Below are positions 52,263 to 64,000 of a DNA stretch of 64,000 nucleotides, in pieces. The position numbers and the translations under genes were made by a program. Position 1 is the stretch's first letter; each line of letters begins with the position of its first letter. A model generated the notes under the pieces. The model was not told the origin of the DNA. It saw nothing but the letters and a program-made list of their open reading frames with translations, and ran no database searches. The DNA comes from Nageia nagi (Eukaryota > Plantae > Pinophyta), in assembly GCA_050084985.1 (NCBI GenBank), contig JBITNC010000001.1, forward strand, positions 103,416,001 to 103,480,000, read 5' to 3'.

Positions 52263-53239
52263 CTCCCATAAAAAGAGGTGAATATAAAGGAGTATGTTAT
52301 AGAGTTTTATTGAGTGATTATTAGAATTTGATAATCTAAGAGGAGTACTAATAAGGTTTCTAGGTATATTAATAGCTTAAGGCTAATAATCTAGGATGGA
52401 ATTAGGTTTTTAAAACTTCACTTAGTAAAAGAGGCCTACTAGTATACCCTAAATGATTGGGAGAAACTAATTGATATTATGCATTAGAACTCTAGTACAG
52501 GATGAGATCATGAGAAACCATTCCACAAGCATGAAAAAATCTCAAAGAAAGATGATGGTGAAGGGTTGTGTAATACATGAAGATGAAAATTTTAGTATAA
52601 TAGAGGTTGAAGAAATGAATCTAAAGCTTGAGGTCATTGATTCAATTGCACTAGTTTTGAGCGGGCCTCAAGGGCATAAAGCTTATGAATACATAATTAT
52701 ATAAGACATAACTAAAAGAGTGATAATAAAATAAATATTATAAAAAAATAGAGATAATAAAGTATATAGTCCTCCTCCAATAACTAAGCATAAAGAGAAT
52801 TTAATGGTTAAAAGAACCTTAGTAATGCTTAGTGAAAAAATGAACCTTGGTAAAGGAGAAGCATATTCGAGATAAGGTATAAAATTATAAATAAACATAC
52901 CAAGATCATTATGAAAAGTGATAGTATTGACAACTTAGTATCCACACATATGTTAGAGAATTTTATGTTTAATACAATTAATCATCCAAACTTTATAAAG
53001 TGTTATAACTACAAAGAGATCATTATGTACTAGTGATAAAAAATGTAAAGTGAACATAGATATTGGTGGTTATCATAATGATGTTTGGTACAATGTAATT
53101 TCAATGGATGCTTACCTTGTTATTTTAGTAAGACCATGGAAGAATTATATAAATATGATCCATGGTGGAAGATGGACCAAAATTATAATCTACCAATAAT
53201 TATTCTTATCCCATAATAAGAGTGATAAGAATCTTCAAG

Positions 53240-53900
53240 AAACTTGGATTCTTGATTTAGAATGTTCTAAATATATGACAAGAAAGGGGATCTATTTTCT
53301 TTCTTGAATCATTCATTCAAATCTAGTATCAAGCTTAGAGATGATAAATATTTGGAGGTGGATGCCAAAGGTATAATGAAGGTGAACGTAAGAGAAGGTA
53401 GGAAAAAGGTTCATTAAATCTAGTATACAAGTTAGAGATATATAATTTAGTTCAAATAGGAAAATGATTAGTTGTGAGGATAAGATGTATTATGTAAGGA
53501 AAAGGGTCATTAATCTTTTACCAAATTTGAAAAATTAATTTATTTGAAACTAGGAAAGATATGGAAAAGAACTACAACTAGTTTTTGAGGATAAAGATTG
53601 TGATTTATATAAGAAGCATGGATACATCTTACTATTTCCTATGCAAAATTTAGATTATTTATTAGATATTTAGGAAAAGGGGGAAACTTATAAGTGTGTA
53701 TAATTTAAATATAAGTTTGTCGGGAATCTAAATAATGGTAATCCTAATTTCAAATTTGTTTATCAAATATCAATAAATTTATTTATATGTTTAAAAATTG
53801 ATAGGAGCACAAAACATTATGAAGGTTGTATATGGGAAAAATTGCTAAATATTAATTTTCATAAAGGAAAGCATGAAGATCTCATACTAATTTAATTGTT
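53240..53900 (+). mobile_element. Copia protease / pre-integrase fragment
   Basis: WILDLECSKYMT at about 53245; SSIKL.DDKYLEV resembles 11430-11480; EGCI..K at about 53821. Confidence 0.6.
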
Positions 53901-54759
53901 ATTCTAATGAGCACTAATATGATTTCTATTAATATAAATAATTTTAGGTAACAGAACCATATTGTAAAATTGTATAATATCAATAATACATGCTATAATG
54001 TAATTAGTGTCAATATAATGAAGCCTAAGCATTATCATTATTAAGAGCATTGTATGATTCAACTAAAAATTTTTCATCCTATTAAATGATATTGATATGA
54101 AGTTTTTATCTTTTTTAGATCTCCACTTCAAAATCATCCTTCTAATAATCACTAAATCGATACTGTTGAGGACTACATATAGGTCATGCAAATCCTAATT
54201 CTTACATATGTGAAGCTTCATATTTGGGACATAACTCTATTTTGAATAAGATACATAAGATCTAATGAAGAATGTGTTTGATCTAGTACTAATAAATATC
54301 AATATTCTTGTAAATATCTTAGAATATTTGAAGTGATATTTTGTAGCATAAATAAAAATTTCTTTAATCGTAAGTCATTATTCACCAACTACATTTTGGT
54401 GAACCAGAATGATCTTTACGGGAAAAATATTGTATACATATATGATGAAGTCCATAATGTAGATGATGTTTCTTTTTTGATGATATAACACCAACATCAT
54501 TTGGATGATTGAACCAGATCATGTTTCTTTTATCAAGGTTATCTTTCAAATGTTGGTGAAATTATTCTAAGGTAAATTTTCATCCCTAAATAATGCATAA
54601 CAAGCATCCACAAGTATAAATAAAGTTTTATCTCAGCATGATTTGGCAATAATAGTATCAATATTGAATCTCAACAAAGAGCATAAATAAAATAAGAAGA
54701 CTCTGATGATGTCTTTACCTTCCTCTTATTGGTAGAAATAGTCAACTTTCCCTTATGAA

Positions 54760-55700
54760 AAGTGATCTCAAGACCCCCAAGTTTGAGATATTCAATGGTG
54801 ATCAAGATCCCAAATAATATCTCATCAACTTTGAGGATGAGTACTTGCTAAAATATAGATCTAAAGTGAATTTCATGACCAGGTTATTCCTAAGGAGTCA
54901 CAAGGGATATGTTAACCAATAGTTCTATAATATGCCACTCAGATCCATATATTCATTCAAGGATCTTATCAAAGCCTTTATGGATCAGCACAAATACAAT
55001 ACCAAAGAGAAATCAAAAATCAAAGATCTATGTTCTCTATGCCATGAAAAAAATGAGTCCATAGAGAAATACATACATTGCTTCAAAAGGGAAAGGCAAT
55101 AAACATAAAGTTACCAAAAAAAGAAATATGTGATCCTTTTGTTGACTTTATTCTTTTTATTCTTAAATAATATGTTATATAATATGTTGAAATGGGTTTT
55201 GGGAGTGTGAATAAGAGAATCTTAGCCAAGAGAAAAGACTTACTTGATCTACTTGAGCTTGGATCACTTAAGTATAGATGTATCACATACAACAAGAAGC
55301 CTCATGAGTTGTATCCTAAAAAAAAGGAGAAAGATGCCAACATGGATAAGGTATATGCTTTGATAATATTTTTCACACAAAGGGAGTCCAAGTTCACATT
55401 CCCTATTCCTCCAAGAGTTTATGTTGAAGATCTATTTAAGGAAGGGTCAATAAAATCATTAGTTAGGAAATGCTAAGATGACAACATGAATTTGGACAAT
55501 CAAGATCTATGTTGTTCCTACCATTAAATAAGGTGTAATTCCACTAATAAATGCAAACTATTAGATGATATAATATTAGACCTAATTATACAAGAAAAAT
55601 ATGAGGTGAAAGACACTCAACCAAGGAAGGCTCCAACTTACCAAGCAACCAACACTATTTTAATTGATAAGGATATATATGCATCAATTAGAAGGGGATA
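54760..55700 (+). mobile_element. Tat/Ogre-like gag remnant followed by a PPT
   Basis: PKFEIFNGDQDP, LFLRS..G, SIYSFKDL and C.YH...C motifs; AGAAGGGGATA then TGTTAG at 55701. Confidence 0.55.
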
Positions 55701-56270
55701 TGTTAGCATGAAAATCTATTGAATATTATATTAATGATCAATTGAATAAACTAAATTATACATTTTGATTTGGCAATTGAATCATATCAATTTGATAATC
55801 AAACTATAATAGTTTGAAGGATGAGTTAAGATAAATAATCAAGGATAAGAGAAGTGATATTTAGATAACTAATCGATGCACTCATTCCAAAGAGGTACAA
55901 AGAAGATATAAATTCAACTTGAATACTTAAGAAGAAGCATCCAACTATATCATCGATCAACATCCATCAATATCTCATCACCATCAAAGCATACATTGAG
56001 CATTGTAATTCAACACATTGTTACATGAAATGGACATCAAATCCTCCAAATTGTTATATCCATGATTTGAACCATCATTATGTCATCTACACACTTTTCT
56101 TATGATTAACAAGCAATACATAACCTTACCTAGTACATAACTATGATATTTCAACATCTTCACAATCGATCATGCATCATGATTACACCATCATCATCTG
56201 TGATAAGATCCACATACAATATTCATATACATAACATGCTTACTAATGAGACTCATAATAGTCTCTATTT

Positions 56271-59200
56271 TGATGCAAAGACTCTATATTTCTAGTAAAT
56301 TTGGAAAGACTTTTATCCCCTATTCATATTTAGAATATATTAATACTATTTATTTTGAAGTTAAATGCAACTTTGTTTAGCTTTCACATGTTTCATATAT
56401 TTGTGTGATTTAATGTGTTTTTTGGTTATATAGTGCTAGTATTATATTATGAATAAAGTATGCTCAAAATGGTTTCTAGAAACATGATGAAAATGATAAT
56501 ATTTTAGTCCATTTGGTTGAGCTCCATAATAACATCTCTAGAATTATGTGAACTGATCTCAAAATGGTTTAGGCATGAATCTAAAGCTAATAATTTATGA
56601 AAATTCTAAAATTCTAGGAACCTCCTGAATTTTAGGAGAGTATCGATGATAGATGTTACTAAAGAAGAACTTGATTCCAAAATTATAGCAAAAGAGCCTC
56701 TAGAATCATGATCATATCATGACTAGGTGCATATTGAGTAATTCATGGATAGTTAGCTAGGATATTTAAGGAATATAAATATTATAAACATAAATTCATA
56801 TTTATAGTAAAGTGACTCACAATGTTATCATTCCTAATTGATAGCAAGAAGACTAGAGTATAAAAAATGCTATGTTTATCACAATGTAAATGCTATGAGG
56901 AATTTGAGCATAGTTGTTAGTAAATTTTATTATATACACCTCTCTATCTGAGAAGTATTAGTTAGTTAGCAAATAGAGAAACTGTGTGGTAATTATTCAT
57001 TGAAATAATATAAGTATCATGTTGAATTCATATTTGTAATTTGTGTTGAAAGCTTTGTTGGAAGGAGGAGGATCCACTCCAACTAATAGGTGTTTCTTAC
57101 TTAGAAGAGTTTAAATCTATTTACTATTTGTTATCAAGATTATTTGATTACCATATGAATTCAATTTATCTCAATTTTTGTAAGAAATGCTTTATAGTGT
57201 ATTACGTGTAATAAAGAAACAAGGAAATAAATAGAGATTCAATTGCATATAGATAAAGACATCTACCCTTGATTGATATAATTAAGTGGTAAATTGACAA
57301 CTTATCATTTTTGGTACTATTGCTAGGGAAGGTTGTTCTCTATTATAATGAAATAGAAGTAAACACTTCAAAATTGGAGTACCAGCTCTGTAGAGCTAAT
57401 TGGTCCCTAAGTAGTTGGACAAGTATGGAAGTTCATTATCTAGAAGGAGATTTATAATGTTGATTGAATCAATTCTTAGAATTGCCTAAGTTATATTTTT
57501 GGTCAGTATCATATAGAAATTATGTACTATCATGTTTCCTATATGTATAAAGAAGAAATCTTGAGAAAATTATTACTTATAGTGATCCCATTGATCTTGC
57601 AATTTGATTTAAATTGGATATTGAGGAGAAAATAACGATCAACTGCAACTCAATATTTATAGCTTTACCAGTCATTGGTTGATTGCAACTCAAATTTTCA
57701 AGGTCTCTTTTGCTTGAGTGATCAAGAGTATTAACTTATCTTGGAAGTTTCTATAGAAACTATTTAGGAATTATTTAATTTTTATTAGTTAAGATGGATG
57801 TGGCGACCTAGATATGAAAGAGGAAGGTTTATTAGTAGTAGGGAAAAACATATTAGAAGAGGTAGAGTTAGAACACAAACATAAAACCCCTTTAGAAAAA
57901 TAACCCTTGGAATAACAAGGAGCTATAACACTATAGAAGCTAAAGAAATAGAATTGAGTGGTTTGGTTGTTGAAAATCTAGTATTAAAACTTGAACAACA
58001 TTCACAAAGTTTCATTAGTGAGATAGTAAATGCTATTCCTAAAAATATAAGTAGTAGGGAAAAACATATTAGAAGAGGTAGAGTTAGAACACAAACATAA
58101 AACCCCTTTAGAAAAATAACCCTTGGAATAACAAGGATCTATAACACTATAGAAGCTAAAGAAATAGAATTGAGTGGTTTGGTTGTTGAAAATCCAGTAT
58201 TAAAACTTGAACAACATTCACAAAGTTTCATTAGTGAGATAGTAAATGCTATTCCTAAAAATGAAGTTGCTGAAAATAGTCTTGAAAAGAATCCTTTTGA
58301 TAATTCTCAAAGAAGTAGTCCTATTGATTCTCCATCATCATAATAAAGAGGAATTTTTGATATATCTTCATCAAGTTCCTTGAGTAGTTCTGAAGGTCAT
58401 AGTCAAACTAATCCTTCCCAGATAAGAATATTAATATTTTTAAATCCACTTTTAAATATGTTTGGTGGATTAGGAGTGCTAGGGAGTGGTGGTACTAGTG
58501 GTAATCCTCCAAATAGGATCTTCACTTTTCCTAAAGTGATTAATCCTATAACTAGTGCACTAATGAAGAACATCTCACCTATAATATTACCAAAATTTAG
58601 AGGACTATCTATTGAATATCCTGATCAATTCTTATTTGAATTCAATTTACTTTGCATAACATATGACTATGAAAATGATAGTAAAAAATTGAAACTTTTT
58701 CCATCCACTTTGAAATATAATGCATTAAGATGGTTCATGGGGTTAGCTCCATATCCCATCACCACATGGGTAGAAATGAAGAGAGTATTTCTAGGTAAAT
58801 GATAAGAATATTACAAAGTAAAAGATAGAAAATATGAATTTTTTTAATTAAACAAGGAGATGAAGAAAGCTTAGAAGATTATCTAGATAGATTTCTATTT
58901 GTTCAAAATAGATGTGAAACAACAATAGATCCAGATTTGGCAAAAACCATTTTCCTAAGGGGCATAATAGATTCATCATTAGAATGTTCTCAATTTGATG
59001 GAAAAAGGTAATAAACCACACTTCCTTTGGATGAGATAGTTGTGTTATGCAAGAAATACTCAATAAAAAGGACATCTTCAAGGAAAGATAAAGCTCAGAA
59101 TGAATCAGGAGCTATTAACACATTGATTGAGGAACTTGCAAATTTTAAAATAAATTTCCTTAGAGAGTTGAATCAATTAAAAGGAGCAAAAACTAAAAAT

Positions 59201-60138
59201 TTCAAGGTAAAGAATGTAGAAAAACCATTGGCAATATATTTTCAAAGATGCAAAAAGAAGCATGCATTACATGAGTGGCCTTTGAACAAGACTAAAATTT
59301 GTAGTCTATGTAATGGAAATCATGTTACTAATAATTGTGAATGTATGAATGTAGCTCAAATGTTAGTGGTAAATATGGCCTTTGAGGTAAATTACATTGG
59401 ATAGAGGATGAATCATCCAATCCAAAATTAGATGAGATTTATGAAACCTACATGGAATATGCCATATTCATAGAAAATAAGTCCATATGGTTCATGGATG
59501 CCACCAAATCAAGATTGGTTCCAACTTCCATAGAACCAATAGAGGGAACCACCCCAGTAATAGACTAATTAGAATCATAATATTCAACCCAATTAGAATC
59601 AGACTACTCAACCCAATTGGAATCAAAATCAATATAAAAATAACCAATCTAATTGGAATCAAAATCAATAAAGAAGATGAAACCAAGGAAATCAATAGCA
59701 AGCATTGCTGACAAGACTAGTTAAAATAAGTGCCAAATTAGAATCAACAAATGCCAAAGCAAATATCTTTACCCACTCAACTTGTTCCAAATCCTAACAA
59801 TAATAAGAAAATTTTTGCACTTGCCTATGAAGGAGAATAAGAAAATATTGTAGCACTCAATTCCATTGATCTTTATGAAATATATAGTTAAAGTATGGAA
59901 AGATGTTATATGAACCAGCTTCACCAATGATCACTAAGACATAGGATGATGAAGCTATTAGTATATCACATGAACTTATTCAAATTAAGATTAAAGTACA
60001 TAAAATTTAAAATAAGAAGGTGATTCCATACCCTAACAGATTAGAGGTTTAGCAAGAAAATAAGAAATCAAAATTATTAAGGGAACTAAAGAAGTTGAAC
60101 ATATTAGTACCTATTTTACAAGTAATTAAGGAGGTACC
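56271..60138 (+). mobile_element. Athila-like Gypsy element (5' LTR ~56271-57307, PBS, gag), interrupted at 60139
   Basis: TGATG...TATCA LTR; degenerate PBS TGGTACTATTGCTAGGGA at 57312; gag LPKFRGLS.E.PDQFLFEF...KLKLFPSTLK.NALRWF (58380-58802); Cys/His knuckles (59027-59404); PYPNRL and LQVIKEVP up to the insertion. Confidence 0.8.
57834..58262. repeat. 216-bp-period tandem duplication (2 x 213 bp)
   Basis: 57834-58046 vs 58050-58262; 2 mismatches seen. Confidence 0.95.
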
Positions 60139-60822
60139 TGTTGATTAGGATTGTGTAATATATGCATCGTGAACAATCTCAACCAAAGTAAATCAAGAAC
60201 AGACTATGGTGATAGTCTGATCTTCGGAGAAGGCCGGTTCATTATCTATTGCGTGTAAGAGAAGTAACAAGAAAGAAAATAAAAGGAGTAGAGTGTGAGG
60301 AATTTAAGCAAAGGGCTTAGGGTAACAAGAGAGAAAGTAAAGGTGAATCACTAGTTCAGCGTGGGCTTTCACAGGGTGTGAAACCTTGGCCTGAATCTAG
60401 TGTAGTAGCTACAGTACAAGCTCTCACTCTCTAATAGTTTCCTAGCTTTACTCTACCATATATGTAGACATAGTTATGCTAACAACTCGTAATTATCATT
60501 CAGGAAACATGCCAAGCTGCCACCATGTAACCTAATTAAGAATAACGATTACAAGTGCTAGCAAAGAAAGGTCAAGATGATATCATATCATTGATAAAAA
60601 CTACTGATCTTAGAGAACAAATGTAAAGAGCAAAACTAGGGATTCCAACCCTTCTTTCACTTTATTTTCATATACTTATACTAAAAAAATAATAGTTACA
60701 AGAAAATGGAAACAGAACGGTTACAAAAATAGCCTCAAGATTCTGACCACTTCTAACTATCATCATCTATGTATGCCACTTGTCCGAATGTTACAAAACT
60801 GAGAAGGTCATGGAAGGTAACG

Positions 60823-61270
60823 TCTTCCAAAACTGCAATTATCTTTTCTTCTGTGACATCATCATTTTATTTTGACATGCTTTATTCACTGACTCCAGCT
60901 TTTCAATTACCCCTTGCTGACCTCACCATCTCTGGAACCCGGTCTTTACCAAAAATGTGACTATCTTTTCCTCTGCGATGTCATCATTTTATTTTAGAAT
61001 ATTTTTACTTCTAAAACACTTAATTTATGGACTTCGACTCTTCAATTATCTCTTGCTAACCTCACCTCCTCCGAAACCTGGTCTTTTCCAAAACTGAGCT
61101 TTATCCTTTCTTCTATGACATCATCATTTCGCTCCGACATGCTTTATTCACTGACTCTGGCTTTTCAATTATCTCTTGCTGACCTCACCTCCTTCGAAAC
61201 CTAGTCTTTTCCAAAAATGTGACTATCTTTTCCTCTATGACATCATCATTTTATTTCAGAACACTTTATT
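60823..61270. repeat. ABAB higher-order repeat in the LTR (~122 + ~139 bp)
   Basis: CCAAAA...TGACATCATCATTT units at about 60827, 60949, 61088 and 61211. Confidence 0.85.
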
Positions 61271-61597
61271 TGCTTCAGAAAAACTCTCGGGGATCTTAAA
61301 ATGAACTCATGATTAAAAGTAAAGTACATCGGGGCTTTATTAAAGAATTTATTATGTATAGATATACATTATGGCGACTTCTGGGGGAAAATTTTGCCTT
61401 TATCAAAGAGGAATTTTGAACTCAGTCTAAAAAATAATACCAAAATGAACTCTACTATCTCAACTCTGAACCCCTAAAAATTGCACAACCTTACCCCAAC
61501 TTGCATGCCTTTCGGAGAAGTCTTTTATTCTCGATTGGGCTAGAGCTGTGCTGTTCAAAATTTCGTAGGAGATTTGCCCATATTTGTGCAACAGCTG

Positions 61598-64000
61598 CTA
61601 TAGGACCACTCCTTTATTAGCACATTGGTCAAAAAATTCAAACAAATTTGACTCATCAAAAGAAGTCAGTAATAAATCTATATCCTCCACCTTTTGACTA
61701 TCTTCCTGAATGTGTTTCAAAAATTCAACCTCGAAGATGGGTGAACTATCCTCCTTCCACAATCCCAGAAATCCAACCTCAGATAATTTTGCTATTTCAG
61801 CTTTTTGGGTTTCTACCCCCTGCAACTGCTTGATTAAATTATTTTTTATTTCTTGGCACACCCATTTCCTACGGACTGGGTAGTCAATCACTGAGATTAA
61901 CTCAACTCTATTTCCCACATTTAGGGCTTGAAGCTCCTCGTTGGAAATCTCACCTAGCTTTTTCTTTGCCCTCTTTGCTAACTTCTCCATGGGGTCGATA
62001 GTACTTTCATAGAGGTTGACATTTGCCTCTAATTTCTTCAACTCTGAAAAACATAGATCAATGTGATCTCTGAGTTGAATCAGTTGTTTAATCCTTGGGG
62101 ATAATTGCTCCTGGAATTTTTCTTTTATTTTGATCAAAAAATCTCTATCAACCTTATTAACATTCGAATTCAATTGCATCTGTGCAATGTTGGCATTTAA
62201 ATTGCCAATTATTGTCTCTCTTGCTGCTACTTCAGCTATTTTGGTTGCAATTTCTGCATCCTTCTGTGCTATGACAACATCTTTCTTTGCTAGGCTATCT
62301 GCAGTCAGGGCAGCAGCTAAACTTGCTCTGAGAGCAGCTATATTATTGTCTGTAGCTTTTAATTTTAGCCATTGAGAATCTAATTGTTGCTTCATTGCTT
62401 CATTTGCCTTTTGAAGCTTATTATATTTGACCTCTAATTTGGTTAGTTTAGAAATATTTAAGTCCATAGCTATTTGTAATAGCTCATTCTTATCACTCCA
62501 GGATATGCTCTTGGTATCTATCACTCGGGTGTTCATTGTAGATAAATCACTTTGCCCCTCTTAATGATCTTGGGTAATAGCAACTTCCAAAACTCTACTT
62601 TTTGCATCCATAGATGTTCGAAGCCTCACCAGATTATCAAGTGCTGAGATTTTTTGCATTTGCTTCTACATCTAGGCTTCTTGATTCTGCTTCAATTGCT
62701 TGTACTGCTCCATGATCCCACTCACCAACACCTGCTGACCAGATATTACGATGAATGGGGAGGCCATGCTTAGCTCTGGTGCAGAAGAGGGTACCACCTA
62801 TTGAACTGGTGTAACAAGGCTAGCTTGACTAGAGCCAGGGACACTACTACTGATGGGTGTGGGTATAGAAAGCTCTGGAGTGGATGATGGAGGTGATGAT
62901 GGTATGAAAATGACACCGATGGGGGGAGTGATGAGGGGAACCGATGAAAAGGAAGTGGGTTTAGACCATGTGAATGGTGATGGCAAATTAGGAAGAGGTG
63001 GAAGGGTTGGTGATGGTGGGGATGAAGCAACGGTGATGGAAGGTGAATAAGATGAAATGGGGGTGACTACCGAAGGTGGAATAATTGTCAAGGGACCAGA
63101 AGAAATAATAGAGATAGGAGGAGGAATAAAAGAAGAAAGTGTACCTATGGGAGTGGAGCTCCTCTTTCTTTTCTTTGGTGACTAAGGAGATTTTGTGGCC
63201 TTTCTCTTTACTGTATAGAATTTCCCCTACTTTTTTCCCACTTCTTGGGAAGTCTCAGAGTGGTCTCTCTGGCTTCTTCACTAACTTGCTCTCCGGGGAT
63301 AGGGGCTTGAGTTACCTTTGACGATTGTTGCTACTCCTCTCCACCAAAACTTGCTAAAGAATCATCTAATGAGACATCCATAGGATGCTCAATCTGCCAC
63401 ATCTCCTCAAATTTGTCATCCAAATTAGACTCCAAAGGGGCAAGCTTGTTTCCGGACTCAACTCTGTATCGTACAAATGCCATGATTTTCTCTTCACTCC
63501 ACTTTTGTCTCCTCAGGGTAGTCAAGGATGCTTTTGAGATGGAGTCTGTCTTGGGGTCAAAATTGGCCTTCTTCTCATAAAAGCTCATCCATGGAGGTAA
63601 TAAATCTTTTAAAAGTAAGTTCTGAGGCATCACCCGATCTTCACTTGCTGGATTTCTCCACTACTCAAACTCCAGCCTTATATCTACCTTGAAGCCTGGA
63701 GGATTAGGCTGGCTTCTCAACTTCTTACTAAAAATATCCTCCAGGTCATACAATAAAAATTGGTTCATTTTTTTAAGTCTCAGCCCCATAAGCTTTTGTT
63801 TTAGACCCTCGCTTCTACCCCTACTCTACAACACCAAATCATGGACTCTAAGTGGGAGGCTGTAAGTGACCCTCTTCTTCACCGCTATCCCATACTTGGC
63901 ATCTGTGTAGTCCGTCTACCTGGTGAACTCCATGCTAAAAACCCAATCTATGACATGAATAGGTAGCAAAAATGGAGCCCCGAAAAACTGTACAACCTTA
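61598..64000 (-). pseudogene. Long extra ORF of the LTR element (basic, Pro/Ser-rich and coiled-coil regions), lightly disrupted
   Basis: ORF pieces 63331-63633, 62798-63091 and 61598-62536 join through in-frame TAG/TAA stops and a few frameshifts. Confidence 0.7.

Larger units (their letters stand above)
51500..53200 (+). mobile_element. Degenerate Ty3/Gypsy (CRM-like chromovirus) gag-protease remnant
   Basis: KLKIHMPNY...EELID at about 51710; SWWDQVQKER at about 51853; protease II..D.IDNLVS at about 52905; MDA.LVIL.RPW at about 53105. Confidence 0.65.
60139..64000. mobile_element. Younger LTR retrotransposon inserted in the Athila gag-pol; LTR 60139-61368; extends beyond the window
   Basis: Abrupt switch to CpG-retaining sequence at TGTTGA (60139; candidate TSD GTACC); LTR ends ...ATACA; TGGCGACTTCTGGGGGA (Ogre/Tat-type tRNA-Arg PBS-like) at 61372. 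Confidence 0.75.

Noticed and set aside
59487-59711. Ile-rich ORFs on both strands
   Set aside because: Off-frame readings of the Gln/Asn-rich repeat region of the Athila gag.

Overview
Very AT-rich, CpG-depleted eukaryotic DNA from a large-genome land plant. The TE lineages and decay pattern suggest a gymnosperm; this is inference. Most of the window is nested, degenerate retrotransposon sequence. From left to right: a non-coding LTR element (<1-17.8 kb) hosting a full-length Copia (CTCTT TSD) and a 5'-truncated Copia; a SIRE-like Copia; a Copia remnant split by a LINE; further L1-type LINEs; CRM-like, Tat-like and Athila-like Gypsy remnants; and a younger LTR element at the right edge carrying a long extra ORF. 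The only clear host genes are two tandem, two-exon, minus-strand type II membrane GT47 (exostosin) glycosyltransferases that resemble the GT47 domain of animal EXT1. The second copy has two single-G deletions in G runs that look like assembly errors. The most unusual element is a 268-bp TRIM (51995-52262) with a tRNA-like fold and Pol III A/B boxes built across its LTR-PBS-internal junction. Everything was read by eye; boundaries of old elements are approximate.
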